A stretch of 64,000 nucleotides of DNA from Dehalococcoidia bacterium (GCA_023229725.1 JALNYR010000001.1:9292-73291), one strand, 5' to 3'; shown: positions 31,259-40,586, numbered from the stretch's first letter. The notes: generated from the letters alone by a model not told the origin. Translations and numbers: made by a program.

Positions 31259-33167
31259 GCTTCGTTCCCTCGGCCGACGTTCCGTCACCGCAGTAGACGC
31301 TGCAGCTCCTGTAATCGACTCCGGGTTCGACGTTACCGCGTGGGATCAGGTCCTCGTCGCGGTCTCCGGAGACGTGGTGGGCGTCGCGGAGGTGCTGGTC
31401 TACGCCCAGTACGCCGGCTTCATCACGACCGCGCAAGCGCCGACGATGGTGCCGATGACGTACTTGCGCGCCGTGCCGCTCAAGGACCACACGAGCACCT
31501 ACCGCGGCAACGCGGCCTTTGTGCTCAACACGATGAAGGCCGACGCCATCTTCCCGTCCATCATCACCTTCTCCGGCGCGGCGACGGTGTACGTCAACGT
31601 CTTCGGGATCACGCCGAAGGGCGCCGAGCTCATCTCTGGGGCCGGCATTCAGGGGGAGGACGACGCTGACGTTTTTGACACCGTCGATCTCATCAAGGTG
31701 GGAGGCCAGACGCTCGCGGCACACGGCCTGGCCTCGACGACGATCCCGGTGCCGGTCGGGGCTCGGGCGACGGTGGCAGACCCGACCGACGTCGATGCGA
31801 ACGCCGTCGTGCTGCTGTCGACCACGCTCGGCTCGCGGCTGCGAGTTCAGGCGGGTGGAGTTGCAGCCCACGGGGATGCTGTCGCCGGCAATCCGGTCCT
31901 CACAGGCATGAAGGCCACGGATGCCGAGCCTGCCGACGTGACCGAAGGCGACGTCGAGGACCTCTCGGGAACGCTGGGCGGCCGGCTCCGGGTGAACGCC
32001 GTCGGCAACGTCGCGGACGATGCTGCTGCGGCGCTCGCCCCGGTGCGGGTCGCCGGCACGGCCGACGCGGTGCTCTCCACAGTCCACGACGGCGACGTCG
32101 CGCAGCTCGTGACCGACCTCTACAGACGCCTCGTGACGCTCCCGCACGGCGCGACCGCCGACGACGCCGCCGATACCGCGGCTCTGAACCCTGTCAAGGT
32201 CGGCGGCATCGCCATCTCGCACCTCACGCCAGACGCCGCCGATGCGGGCGACGTGGTTCACCTCTCGACCGACCTCTACCGGCGCGTGCGCGTGCTCCCC
32301 GAGGGCCCCATCGCCGACGACGCGGTAGCCGACGCCACGAACCCGCTGAAGGTGGGCGCCGTGGTCGACGTGGCCGTCGCGGATGCGGCCGACGGCGACA
32401 TGGTTCACCTCGTCACGGACCTCCAGCGACGGCTGCGCGTCGCGGCCGAGGGCGCCGGGGCCCACGACGCCGCGGTGGCCGGCTTCCCGGTCATCGTGGG
32501 CGCGAAGGCGACAGCGGCCGAGCCTGCGACGGTGACCGAGGGCGACGCCTCCTACCTCTCCACGAACCTCGTGGGCCGGCTGCGCGTGAACGCGGTCGGG
32601 AACGTCGCCGACGACGCCGTGGCCGACGCGCTCGGGCCCGTGAAGGTGGGCGCGGTCGCCGACCAGGTGCTCTCGACGGTCGCCGACGCTGACATGGTCC
32701 ACCTGATCACGGACCTCTCGCGCAGGCTCCAGATCCGAGACGGGCTCGCGGGCGACGACGTCTCCGGCGCGAACCGCGTGGCCGCGAACACGACTGCCGA
32801 CGAACGCGACGAGAGCGCCCAGCCTTGGGCGAACGAGACGCTCGCCGCGGCGACGGCGGTCTACTACCCGTCGAGCTCGGGCGCCGAGATCGGGAACCGG
32901 CCGTGGCTCACGTTCCAGGTGGGCATCCGCCACGGCACGCTGACCTTCGAGAGCTCGAACGACGGCACCTCGTGGACCGACGTCACGAAGACTGTCATCG
33001 ACCGCGGCCAGGGTGGCGGCGGGTACGCCTCGTGGGTCGAGCCCGACGCCGCGACGGTCTACTACCAGCTCGAGCTCGTGGCCGGCGCGCGGTACGTGCG
33101 GGCGCTCTGGACCCCGACCGACGCCACCTCGATCATCATCATCTACGTCATGGCGCGAGCCGCGTAG
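31224..33167 (+). CDS. repeat-containing spike/fibre-like protein (N beta-domain, 7 x ~50-aa repeats, C-terminal beta-sandwich)
   Basis: 647 aa. Repeats end in ...GD.VHL(V/I/S)TDL.RRLRV. C-terminal NDGTSWTDV...ARYVRALWTP domain. Start overlaps upstream gene by 35 nt. Confidence 0.75.
   Translation: MATTPTKSRESELRSLGRRSVTAVDAAAPVIDSGFDVTAWDQVLVAVSGDVVGVAEVLVYAQYAGFITTAQAPTMVPMTYLRAVPLKDHTSTYRGNAAFVLNTMKADAIFPSIITFSGAATVYVNVFGITPKGAELISGAGIQGEDDADVFDTVDLIKVGGQTLAAHGLASTTIPVPVGARATVADPTDVDANAVVLLSTTLGSRLRVQAGGVAAHGDAVAGNPVLTGMKATDAEPADVTEGDVEDLSGTLGGRLRVNAVGNVADDAAAALAPVRVAGTADAVLSTVHDGDVAQLVTDLYRRLVTLPHGATADDAADTAALNPVKVGGIAISHLTPDAADAGDVVHLSTDLYRRVRVLPEGPIADDAVADATNPLKVGAVVDVAVADAADGDMVHLVTDLQRRLRVAAEGAGAHDAAVAGFPVIVGAKATAAEPATVTEGDASYLSTNLVGRLRVNAVGNVADDAVADALGPVKVGAVADQVLSTVADADMVHLITDLSRRLQIRDGLAGDDVSGANRVAANTTADERDESAQPWANETLAAATAVYYPSSSGAEIGNRPWLTFQVGIRHGTLTFESSNDGTSWTDVTKTVIDRGQGGGGYASWVEPDAATVYYQLELVAGARYVRALWTPTDATSIIIIYVMARAA
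31653..32741 (+). repeat. in-frame tandem coding repeats (~147 nt unit, 7 copies, with a higher-order 4-unit period)
   Basis: Units R2/R6 (AHGDAVAGNPVLTGMKATDAEPADVTEGD vs AHDAAVAGFPVIVGAKATAAEPATVTEGD) and R3/R7 (VGNVADDAAAALAPVRVAG vs VGNVADDAVADALGPVKVGA) are closer to each other than to their neighbours. Confidence 0.8.
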
Positions 33168-33176
33168 GAGGCACCT

Positions 33177-33569
33177 GTGGACGAAAAGACGCTCTACCCC
33201 GAGAACTACGAAGAGCCCGAGGCCGAGGCGAAGGCGCCGGTCGGCCGCGACACGACCGCCGTGCTCGCGCTCATTCGGGCCGCGGTGCCCGTGGGCGGGA
33301 AGCCCCTCCCGGTCGAGGCGGTCCGCAAGCTCGTCTGCGGTGACCAGCCGCAGTACACGACCGTGGCCCAGGGTCCCGACCCCTCTGAGGACATGCCCGC
33401 GGCGCTCGCGGCGCTCGCCGCCGGCCAGCCCGTCGTCGGCCCGGCCGCGACCTCGAGCTTCCTTCCGGAAGAGGTCGACGCGCTCGTCCTCCAGGTCATC
33501 GAGGAGCGCAAGCCCTCGTGGAAGCCGGCCGCCGTCGCCGAGGCGAGGGTCGAGGAGCTGGTGAAGTGA
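33177..33569 (+). CDS. hypothetical protein
   Basis: 130 aa. GTG start after taggagg RBS. Confidence 0.6.
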   Translation: MDEKTLYPENYEEPEAEAKAPVGRDTTAVLALIRAAVPVGGKPLPVEAVRKLVCGDQPQYTTVAQGPDPSEDMPAALAALAAGQPVVGPAATSSFLPEEVDALVLQVIEERKPSWKPAAVAEARVEELVK

Positions 33570-34951
33570 CCGTCGGCGAAGTCATCCGCACGCCCGAGGA
33601 GCGTGCCATGGACCTGCTCTTCAAGCTCGGCCACAGCCTCACATCCCGTGATGCCGTCGAGCGCGGCGGCGCGACCATCGTCGGCACCGGCACGACGTTC
33701 GGGCTGGATGGGATGACGCTGAACGGTTCGGGGAACCTGAGCTACTCGACGGCGGGTCCGTCTGTCCTTCGCGCATCTCGTACAACGGTTGTGGAATTCA
33801 CGCTTGGATTCTCAGGTGACGATGGAGCCATTCATTACTTTTTCGATTATACGACACTATCGGGTACTGGCCGTTTCGCTATTACTAAGAATGCGGCGAA
33901 TGCGATTGTAGTGACGATTGGCGGAACTACAGTTCTTACCGTAGCATATGCGACGTGGAACGCCGCGCTAGTTGTTGGTCGAAACGTGTTGGTTCTATCG
34001 TCAATTACAGGGTCAACTACCCTATGGCTCAACGGCACTAGCATAGGAACGTCGGCGACAGCTTGGGCCGCAGTCGCGGGAATGCATACGTTTGCGGTAG
34101 GTGCTGCTTACGATAACGGGAGCCGCTTCACCGGCACCATTCACCGCTTCGAGATCTACGGCAACGTCGCCACCGCCGTTGACGAGCCCTACCTACGCGC
34201 CGGCACGCTGATCTCCGCGCTCAACGACCCGCTGGCCGTTTTGCCTGGCACGAGCTACTACAAGAACGACGCTGGTCTGTACGTGACCGACGTTGGCGGC
34301 CGAATCGGCGGCACGGCTCTGATGGGATCGGACGGCGCGACGGCGGCGCAGTTCCCGACGGTGGCTCGCTCGGCTGGCCTCGTACGCGGGTTTGGCTTTG
34401 ATGGTGGTGATCAAGTCAACCTTGGCGATTCAGACTTATTCAGCTTTACCGATGGTGCCGTAGATAAGCCGTTCACCCTGGCCTGCCTCGCTTCACAGAC
34501 GCTCGCGTCTACGCAGGCTCTTATCGCCAAGTCCAACGGGGTGACTGCTGGTGAATATCAGCTCGGACTGAACGTCAATGCTGGGATCATCGAAGCGGTG
34601 TTCCTTCTCATTGATGAGACGGGTGTTGCATACATCGGAAGAACAGGATCTTTGAATGTGAAGTTGTTGGGCGCATTGACCCCGATCATCGCAACGTGTT
34701 CCGGAAGTGGAACTGTAGCAGGATTACGGATCTACGCTGGTGGCATTCGCGCTGATACTACGAACACGACGTTTGGTGTGTACGCTCGAATGCGGAATAC
34801 AGCGCGGACGCTTCGTGTCGGAAACGACGATTCGGGAGTGATGCCGATGCGCGGTAGTGTTGTGCTTCCTTGTGCGTTTGACTACGAGGCTTCTCCCCTT
34901 CAGGCAAAGGCTATTGGCGCGCGCCTACTACAGCAATCGAGGAGGGGATAA
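33566..34951 (+). CDS. LamG/concanavalin-A-like lectin domain protein (probably two domains)
   Basis: 461 aa from GTG 33566 (GTGA overlap). ...AVGAAYDNGSRFTGTIHRFEIYGN is typical of Laminin_G_3-type domains. Parts of the gene have visibly lower G+C. Confidence 0.5.
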   Translation: MTVGEVIRTPEERAMDLLFKLGHSLTSRDAVERGGATIVGTGTTFGLDGMTLNGSGNLSYSTAGPSVLRASRTTVVEFTLGFSGDDGAIHYFFDYTTLSGTGRFAITKNAANAIVVTIGGTTVLTVAYATWNAALVVGRNVLVLSSITGSTTLWLNGTSIGTSATAWAAVAGMHTFAVGAAYDNGSRFTGTIHRFEIYGNVATAVDEPYLRAGTLISALNDPLAVLPGTSYYKNDAGLYVTDVGGRIGGTALMGSDGATAAQFPTVARSAGLVRGFGFDGGDQVNLGDSDLFSFTDGAVDKPFTLACLASQTLASTQALIAKSNGVTAGEYQLGLNVNAGIIEAVFLLIDETGVAYIGRTGSLNVKLLGALTPIIATCSGSGTVAGLRIYAGGIRADTTNTTFGVYARMRNTARTLRVGNDDSGVMPMRGSVVLPCAFDYEASPLQAKAIGARLLQQSRRG

Positions 34952-35751
34952 TGCCTAAGTGGACAGAAAAAGAACTGCCGCAGCAGCATCCTGGTGGTAA
35001 TCATTTCATCGACGATATTCGCGGTCGTCGGTTTGGGCGGCTCGTGGTGTTGTACCCGACGAACTTGCACAGGTCCAGCGGCGACACACTGTGGCTCTGC
35101 AAGTGCGACTGTGGAGCTTACTTCGTGGATTCACGCAACAAGCTGTTGCCTCCTACCCGGCGAGAGCGGAGTTGCGGTAGCTCATGCACGCTTGGAGCAA
35201 ACTCCTACGAGGTTGTTGGTGATGTTGCGTACATGAAGCTATACGATAAGAGCGGCGCGCATAAGGAGACTGCTCTAATCGACGCAGAAGACCTGGAGTT
35301 GGTGAGAGGGGATAGGTGGTCTGTGGTTCTGGGTCGTAACGGTATCAGCTACGTATATTGCGGCGCGAAGGGGAAACCACTGCATAGGATCATCCTGGAG
35401 GCGCACGGCGTGGACCTCGACGGCCTTGACGTAGACCACATCAAACACAACGGGCTCGACAATAGAAAGTGCAAGCTCCGGCCAGCGACTCGCGCGCAGA
35501 ATGTCATGAACTCAAAGCCGAAAAAGTCGATCACTGGCTATCGTGGAGTAACGTATCGGGCCAGAGCGAAGGACAAGCATTACTTCGCGAAGATCCGCGT
35601 TGACGGCGAGTGCTACAGCCTTGGGGGACACGCTACTCCCGAAGCAGCAGCTCTCGCTTACAACCGTGCTGCTCGTGAACATCATGGCGAGTTCGCCTGT
35701 TTGAACCGAGTGACGCTTGTCTTGAACAGATCTGTGCAGGTGACCCCATGA
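34951..35751 (+). CDS. HNH-AP2 homing endonuclease (free-standing)
   Basis: 266 aa. FGRLVVL...WLCKCDCG...SCGSSC N-domain. HNH_3 core VDHIKHNGLDNRKCKLRPATRAQN. AP2 domain YRGVTYRA...FAKIRVDGECYSLGGHATPEAAALAYNRAAREHHGEFACLN. Low G+C. TAATG and ATGA overlaps with flanking genes. Confidence 0.8.
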   Translation: MPKWTEKELPQQHPGGNHFIDDIRGRRFGRLVVLYPTNLHRSSGDTLWLCKCDCGAYFVDSRNKLLPPTRRERSCGSSCTLGANSYEVVGDVAYMKLYDKSGAHKETALIDAEDLELVRGDRWSVVLGRNGISYVYCGAKGKPLHRIILEAHGVDLDGLDVDHIKHNGLDNRKCKLRPATRAQNVMNSKPKKSITGYRGVTYRARAKDKHYFAKIRVDGECYSLGGHATPEAAALAYNRAAREHHGEFACLNRVTLVLNRSVQVTP

Positions 35752-37739
35752 GTGGCCTTAATAGCTTTTACGACTACCTCACCTCGCTCTCGCCCGCAAT
35801 GGCTACACTTTTACTTCGGGGCGCCGTGGAGACTCTCGACTCCTACGCTCGGCCACGCGTCATCACTCCCGGCACGGCTGGCGTCGGCCTGACCTGGCGG
35901 CGCGGCGATAAGGGTTACTACCTCGGCCAAGAGAAGAGTTGCACTGCCGGTGGTGGTGGATCTATTTCGATTGTAGACTCCGGCGCTGCTCCGGAGCTGC
36001 GCGCAGTGAGTGGCACCCTTTTCTGGACAGCTAAAGACTTCCGTGCGACGACTGTTGATATCGTCGGCGCAACCCGAGCGCGTGTATATGCGAAGGCTGA
36101 CGCTGGGGGAAGCGACCTGATAGTATTCATCTGGGGCACAAACCAGATTGCAATTTACGATGGAACTTCGGTACGCACAATTACCTCAACGGGGTTGGCC
36201 GACGCTCGAACGGTAGCGATCAAGTGGGTAACCGGGGGCGTGCCTGGGTTGTTCACCGACGGTATCTATCGGGCAGCCTTTTCGGGGACAATCGTTCCGC
36301 CTGGGAACGACGCGAACCTCTATTTATGCAACGAGAGTTCCGGCGGTTATGGCTCCCGCATCAACGATTACGGCTTGCAAGCGATCTTCAACGACGTCGT
36401 CCTCGGACGTGCGATCACGGACGAGGAGATTGCGAACCTCCACGACGCTTGGGAGTCGATCGTCAGCGTCTTCGAGCCCAAGCGGACGATCTGGCTGCCG
36501 CGCAAGTCGAGCGAGATCATCACGCCTGCTGCGCTCGTGCAGCTCGCAGGCGCGAAGAACGCAAGCTCGCTCGTCCTCGACCTCACAGGGAACGGTCGCA
36601 ACGGCACCGTCAGCGGGCGCGTGACGCAGTCGAAGAGCCCGTGCTGCACGCGCCACCAAGCCCACGGCGCCGGGAACCCACTCATCGCCGCGGCGGCCGA
36701 CACCTCGCTCTACCCGAACAGCTTCTCCCTCGAGCTCCAGTACAACGCCCGCTCCCGCGGCCAGTTGGACCAGGGCTGCCTCTGGTCCATCTCGGACGGC
36801 GGGACGACGCGGAGCCGGCTCTACCTGGGCGCGGCGAACACATGGTACTACGAGGTCGCCTACGCCTCCTCGACCGCCCGCTGGACGTTCTCCGCGGGCG
36901 CCTACAACATCGACCACGAGCTGGTGCTGCGGCACGCGCGCTCCACGGGCGCCGCGCCGACCGCCACGCTCGACGGCGTCGCCCTCACGGTGACCGAGGC
37001 GGTCGCCGCGAGCGGCGCGCTCACGGCCGCGGCGGCGCCCATCGTGAACCGGTTCAACACCGCCGCGCTCGACAGCGACTTCGACGGCGCGCTCATCGAG
37101 GAGAAGGAGTTCGCCTCGGTCCTCTCGGACGCCGACGTGCAGCTCCTCTACCTCGCCTTCGCAGGCTTGGGCATCGTCATCGCGCACCGGACCGATCACC
37201 CCGTCAGCGTCGCAGCAGTAGCGGCTGGCGGAAACGTCGGCCCCTATCGGGTCGTCTCCGGCACGCACAAGTGGCACGACGACGGCACGCGCCGCGGGCT
37301 CCTGGGCGTCACCGCCGGCACGTTCGTCCTCCGCGAGTCGTCGGAGCAGGCCTATGGCGGCTGGGCCTACGCCGCGGTCGTGAAGGGCTCCGATGCGGGG
37401 GTCGTGGAGATCCCGATCCTCGCCTCGTACTCCGGAGCTCTCACAGCCACGGCGCAGAACGCCTACACGATCCGGTTCACTGACACCGAGGCCGTCGCGA
37501 TCATCAAGTACACGGCCGGCGTCGCCTCCACGGTCGCGACCTCCGCGGACTCGGCGATCGTGGTAGCCACCAACTACGAGGTCATGATCACGCGGCGCGA
37601 GTCGGACGGCTACTTCTCAGTGTCACTCAAGGGCGGCGCGTACACGGACTGGACTGAGGTTGTGGCCGGCACCGACACGACCTTCACGAGCTCGAAGACG
37701 CTCGTCGGCGCTCTCGACGCGGGAGGCTGGCTTGCTTAG
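35748..37739 (+). CDS. large beta-rich fibre/receptor-binding-like protein with LamG-like segments
   Basis: 663 aa. FSLELQYNARSRGQLDQGCLWSISDGGTTRSRLYLGAANTWYYEV... 5' third has lower G+C. Confidence 0.45.
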   Translation: MSGLNSFYDYLTSLSPAMATLLLRGAVETLDSYARPRVITPGTAGVGLTWRRGDKGYYLGQEKSCTAGGGGSISIVDSGAAPELRAVSGTLFWTAKDFRATTVDIVGATRARVYAKADAGGSDLIVFIWGTNQIAIYDGTSVRTITSTGLADARTVAIKWVTGGVPGLFTDGIYRAAFSGTIVPPGNDANLYLCNESSGGYGSRINDYGLQAIFNDVVLGRAITDEEIANLHDAWESIVSVFEPKRTIWLPRKSSEIITPAALVQLAGAKNASSLVLDLTGNGRNGTVSGRVTQSKSPCCTRHQAHGAGNPLIAAAADTSLYPNSFSLELQYNARSRGQLDQGCLWSISDGGTTRSRLYLGAANTWYYEVAYASSTARWTFSAGAYNIDHELVLRHARSTGAAPTATLDGVALTVTEAVAASGALTAAAAPIVNRFNTAALDSDFDGALIEEKEFASVLSDADVQLLYLAFAGLGIVIAHRTDHPVSVAAVAAGGNVGPYRVVSGTHKWHDDGTRRGLLGVTAGTFVLRESSEQAYGGWAYAAVVKGSDAGVVEIPILASYSGALTATAQNAYTIRFTDTEAVAIIKYTAGVASTVATSADSAIVVATNYEVMITRRESDGYFSVSLKGGAYTDWTEVVAGTDTTFTSSKTLVGALDAGGWLA

Positions 37740-38835
37740 GACCGCGACACGGTATCCGCGAGGCGGGAGCCTGCGGCCTACGAACGTCGACCCCGACCCG
37801 ATCTCGTCGGACGCGGTCTGGGTGCCGACGAACACCGTGGTATTCCCCGCAGGCTCCGCGCCGCTCTCGTACACCGACCTCGACCTCTCTGCGGTGGTCG
37901 GGGCCCGGTCGGCCTGGGTGCTCATCGGCATCAAGGCGACGAGCTCGACCGCGCGAGTCGTGCGCTTCCGGACGAACGGCGAGACGCAGACCTGGGGCAG
38001 CTTCAACGTCAGCGTCGAGACGAGCGGTGGCGCTCCCTACACCCTCGTCCGGACCTCTCCGCTCGGGATCATCGAGTGGCTCTCCTCCGGCACGCAGACC
38101 GTCGAGCTCACGGTGCTCGGCTACGTCTCGAACATCCTGCTCGGCGCGGCGCAGCTCTACAACGGCACGCTGCCCACCGGGTGGCAGACCTTCGACGCCT
38201 CCGGGAACGTCTCGAACATCGCGCTGGTCATGCTGAAGAGCCTGCGATTGAACGCGGTGACGAACCGCTTCCACATCTACCGGCCTCGCGGGGATGTTGA
38301 TGACTGGGTGCTCGACGTCGACTGCGAGAACATCAACAACTTCATGATCTGCTCGCCGACCGACATGGCGGTCCGGATGCTGACCTTGACCGACAGCTCC
38401 GGAAACGTCGACTTCTACGCGGACATCAACACGACCCAGTCGCGCATCACCATGGACTCCTTCGCCCAGCTCGGTCAGGGATTCTTGCTGCCCAACGCCG
38501 GGCAGGAGATCGTGTTCCCCTCGGGGCTCTCGCCCACGGTGCTCACCGACCTCGATCTCTCACCAGCCATCGGCGCGCAGGCCGCGCTGGTCTTCCTCAA
38601 GGCGAAGTCGGTCGTGGTCGATACCTCGGTCATGTTCCGGCGTAACGGCGAGGTCATCTCGGCAGTCGCGCCCAACGCTGGCGTGCAGTTCTTCCGAAAC
38701 GAACACAGTGCGAACGTCTGCGGGCTCGTCATCGTCGCGTGCGACGAGGCGGGGCTCGTCGAGTGGTGCGCGAGCACGACCGGCTCGCCCGCGCAGCACG
38801 AGATCACGGTCCTCGGGTACATCCCGGCGGCGTAG
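37732..38835 (+). CDS. two-domain beta protein (internal duplication)
   Basis: TTG 37732 after gggagg RBS is my preferred start (ORF track starts at 37660). Duplicated VFPAGSAPLSYTDLDLSAVVGARSAWVLIGIKA...VRFRTNGE...ELTVLGYV and VFPSGLSPTVLTDLDLSPAIGAQAALVFLKAK...VMFRRNGE...EITVLGYI. Confidence 0.55.
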   Translation: MLRTATRYPRGGSLRPTNVDPDPISSDAVWVPTNTVVFPAGSAPLSYTDLDLSAVVGARSAWVLIGIKATSSTARVVRFRTNGETQTWGSFNVSVETSGGAPYTLVRTSPLGIIEWLSSGTQTVELTVLGYVSNILLGAAQLYNGTLPTGWQTFDASGNVSNIALVMLKSLRLNAVTNRFHIYRPRGDVDDWVLDVDCENINNFMICSPTDMAVRMLTLTDSSGNVDFYADINTTQSRITMDSFAQLGQGFLLPNAGQEIVFPSGLSPTVLTDLDLSPAIGAQAALVFLKAKSVVVDTSVMFRRNGEVISAVAPNAGVQFFRNEHSANVCGLVIVACDEAGLVEWCASTTGSPAQHEITVLGYIPAA

Positions 38836-38850
38836 TAGGAGAGGAAGACA

Positions 38851-39510
38851 ATGACGCAACCCACGATGATCCGCGTAATCGGTCAGGTAGCCGATGATGC
38901 GGCGAACGTCGCGACCGAGATCCCGCTCAAGATCGGCGCCGTAGCCGAGGACGTGCCGACCGCGGTCACCGACGTGACCGACGCGGACAAGGTCCACCTC
39001 GTCGCGGACTTGAAGCGCCGACTCTGGGCGCACGCCGTGGGCGGCGTCGCTGACGCCGCAGCGAACGTCACGACCGAGCATCCGCTCAAGATGGGAGCTG
39101 TCGCCGAGGCAGCCCCGGCAGGAACGGGCATCGCCGACGGGGACATCGCACATCTCATCACGGATCTCTATCGGCGGCTTCGCGTGCTCGCCGAGGGGGC
39201 AACTGCAGACGACGCGCAAGACTCTGCGAACCTGAACCCGGTGAAGATTGGGGCTCGCGCCGTGAGCAACGCCGCACCGGAGAACCTTGACGTGATCGAC
39301 GCCGGCGACGTCGGGCACCTGATCACCGACACCATGCGCCGACTCCTCGTGAACGTCTGCGGCAACCAGGCCGACGGCGCCGTTGCCGACTCAGCGAACC
39401 CGATCAAGATCGGCGCGGTCGCGGAGACCACGGTGGCCGGCACGGGCGTCGCGAACGCGGACATCGTCCACCTCGTGACCGACCTCTACCGCCGGCTCCG
39501 AGTCGTGCAG
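38851..39510 (+). repeat. in-frame tandem coding repeats (4 copies, ~150-185 nt)
   Basis: Units end ...HLVADLKRRLWAHA, ...HLITDLYRRLRVLA, ...HLITDTMRRLLVNV, ...HLVTDLYRRLRVVQ. Confidence 0.75.
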
Positions 39511-39909
39511 GTCCCGCAGGTCTTGACCGTGAGCTGGGCCGACCTCTCGAACGTCTCCGCCGATGCCTACTACCCGTCCGAGGGTGGGCTCGACACCGAC
39601 GTCTACGGCACGATCACGCTCACCGGCAAGGTCATCTGCGGAGCCGACAACACCTCGGTCCTCACGATCGAGGTCACGAACGATGAGGACGCGACGCCGG
39701 GGAACCGCGACTGGCAGGCGATCTACGTCTACAGCAACCTCACCGACGACGTGCTCAATCAGGTCGCGACGCTGGCCGGCGCGACCTCGCAGATCGCCAT
39801 CTCGCTCAACGATCTGGGCTTCAAGTACGTGCGGGCGAAGTACGATATCACCCGGCCCGCGGCGAACAACGACACCGTCATCCTCAAGGCGCAGTACCGA
39901 GCGAGGTAG
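38851..39909 (+). CDS. second repeat-containing spike/fibre-like protein (4 x ~50-aa repeats plus C-terminal beta-sandwich)
   Basis: 352 aa. Same repeat signature (ADDA...NP(L/I)K(I/M)GAVAE...D.VHL(V/I)TDLYRRLRV). C-terminal ...FKYVRAKYDITRP... parallels ...ARYVRALWTPTD... of 31224..33167. Confidence 0.75.
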   Translation: MTQPTMIRVIGQVADDAANVATEIPLKIGAVAEDVPTAVTDVTDADKVHLVADLKRRLWAHAVGGVADAAANVTTEHPLKMGAVAEAAPAGTGIADGDIAHLITDLYRRLRVLAEGATADDAQDSANLNPVKIGARAVSNAAPENLDVIDAGDVGHLITDTMRRLLVNVCGNQADGAVADSANPIKIGAVAETTVAGTGVANADIVHLVTDLYRRLRVVQVPQVLTVSWADLSNVSADAYYPSEGGLDTDVYGTITLTGKVICGADNTSVLTIEVTNDEDATPGNRDWQAIYVYSNLTDDVLNQVATLAGATSQIAISLNDLGFKYVRAKYDITRPAANNDTVILKAQYRAR

Positions 39910-39912
39910 CAG

Positions 39913-40356
39913 ATGATCCTCAACGGCAAGAAGAAGCTCGTCACGTACTTGACGAACAAGACCGGCACGACGTCGGTCAAGGGGCAGGTCGTCGTCCAGT
40001 ACGCCGACCTCGATGACGCGTACATCGCGGCTCCGGCCGGAACGATACTCGCGATGGGCGCCGTGCTTCAGGGCGGCATTGCTGGCGATGCGAAGGTCCC
40101 GATCTGCACCTTCGGCCGGTGTCAGGTGCTTTTCCCGATCGGGGCTGATGCGACCCGGGGCAACTGGGCTTCCGTCCACACGACCGACGCAGGAATGGCG
40201 TCCTCCGAGTACGTCGCACTCGGTGATATCTTCGCGCAAGGGCTCGGCATGGTGCACGAAACCGTTGCGAGTTCTCCGTCTAGCCCGATTCTCGTGTGGA
40301 TCGACTTCGTGCCGTCGAAGGCGAAGGATATCCCCGTCGCGAATGGAGGAGGCTGA
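39913..40356 (+). CDS. hypothetical beta-rich protein
   Basis: 147 aa. RBS gaggtagcag. Confidence 0.6.
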   Translation: MILNGKKKLVTYLTNKTGTTSVKGQVVVQYADLDDAYIAAPAGTILAMGAVLQGGIAGDAKVPICTFGRCQVLFPIGADATRGNWASVHTTDAGMASSEYVALGDIFAQGLGMVHETVASSPSSPILVWIDFVPSKAKDIPVANGGG

Positions 40357-40586
40357 TGACGATCGCGATGAAAGCAGACCTCGACGCGTTCGAGGCGCGG
40401 CAGGAAGAGCGGCTTGGGCGCATCGAGGCGCAGCTCGAGTCGCTCGTTCTTCTCCTCCAGCACCACGGGAAAGCACTGGGCGAGCTCGAGACGCTCATCC
40501 CGCGCCTCGCCGCCGCTGGGCGCCCGTCGCATCCGGCCGGGCCGCGGGGGACGCCGTGCCCCGAGGCCTGTGAAGGTGCCCCGTGA
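40356..40586 (+). CDS. small coiled-coil protein
   Basis: 76 aa from ATG 40356 (TGATG overlap). MTIAMKADLDAFEARQEERLGRIEAQLESLVLLLQ. Confidence 0.5.
   Translation: MTIAMKADLDAFEARQEERLGRIEAQLESLVLLLQHHGKALGELETLIPRLAAAGRPSHPAGPRGTPCPEACEGAP

Noticed and set aside
31653-32741. Periodic ~147-nt repeats as a CRISPR-like array or as template/variable repeats of a diversity-generating retroelement
   Set aside because: The repeats are contiguous with no spacers, in frame and translated into a protein repeat. No reverse transcriptase or Cas-like gene was recognised anywhere in the window.
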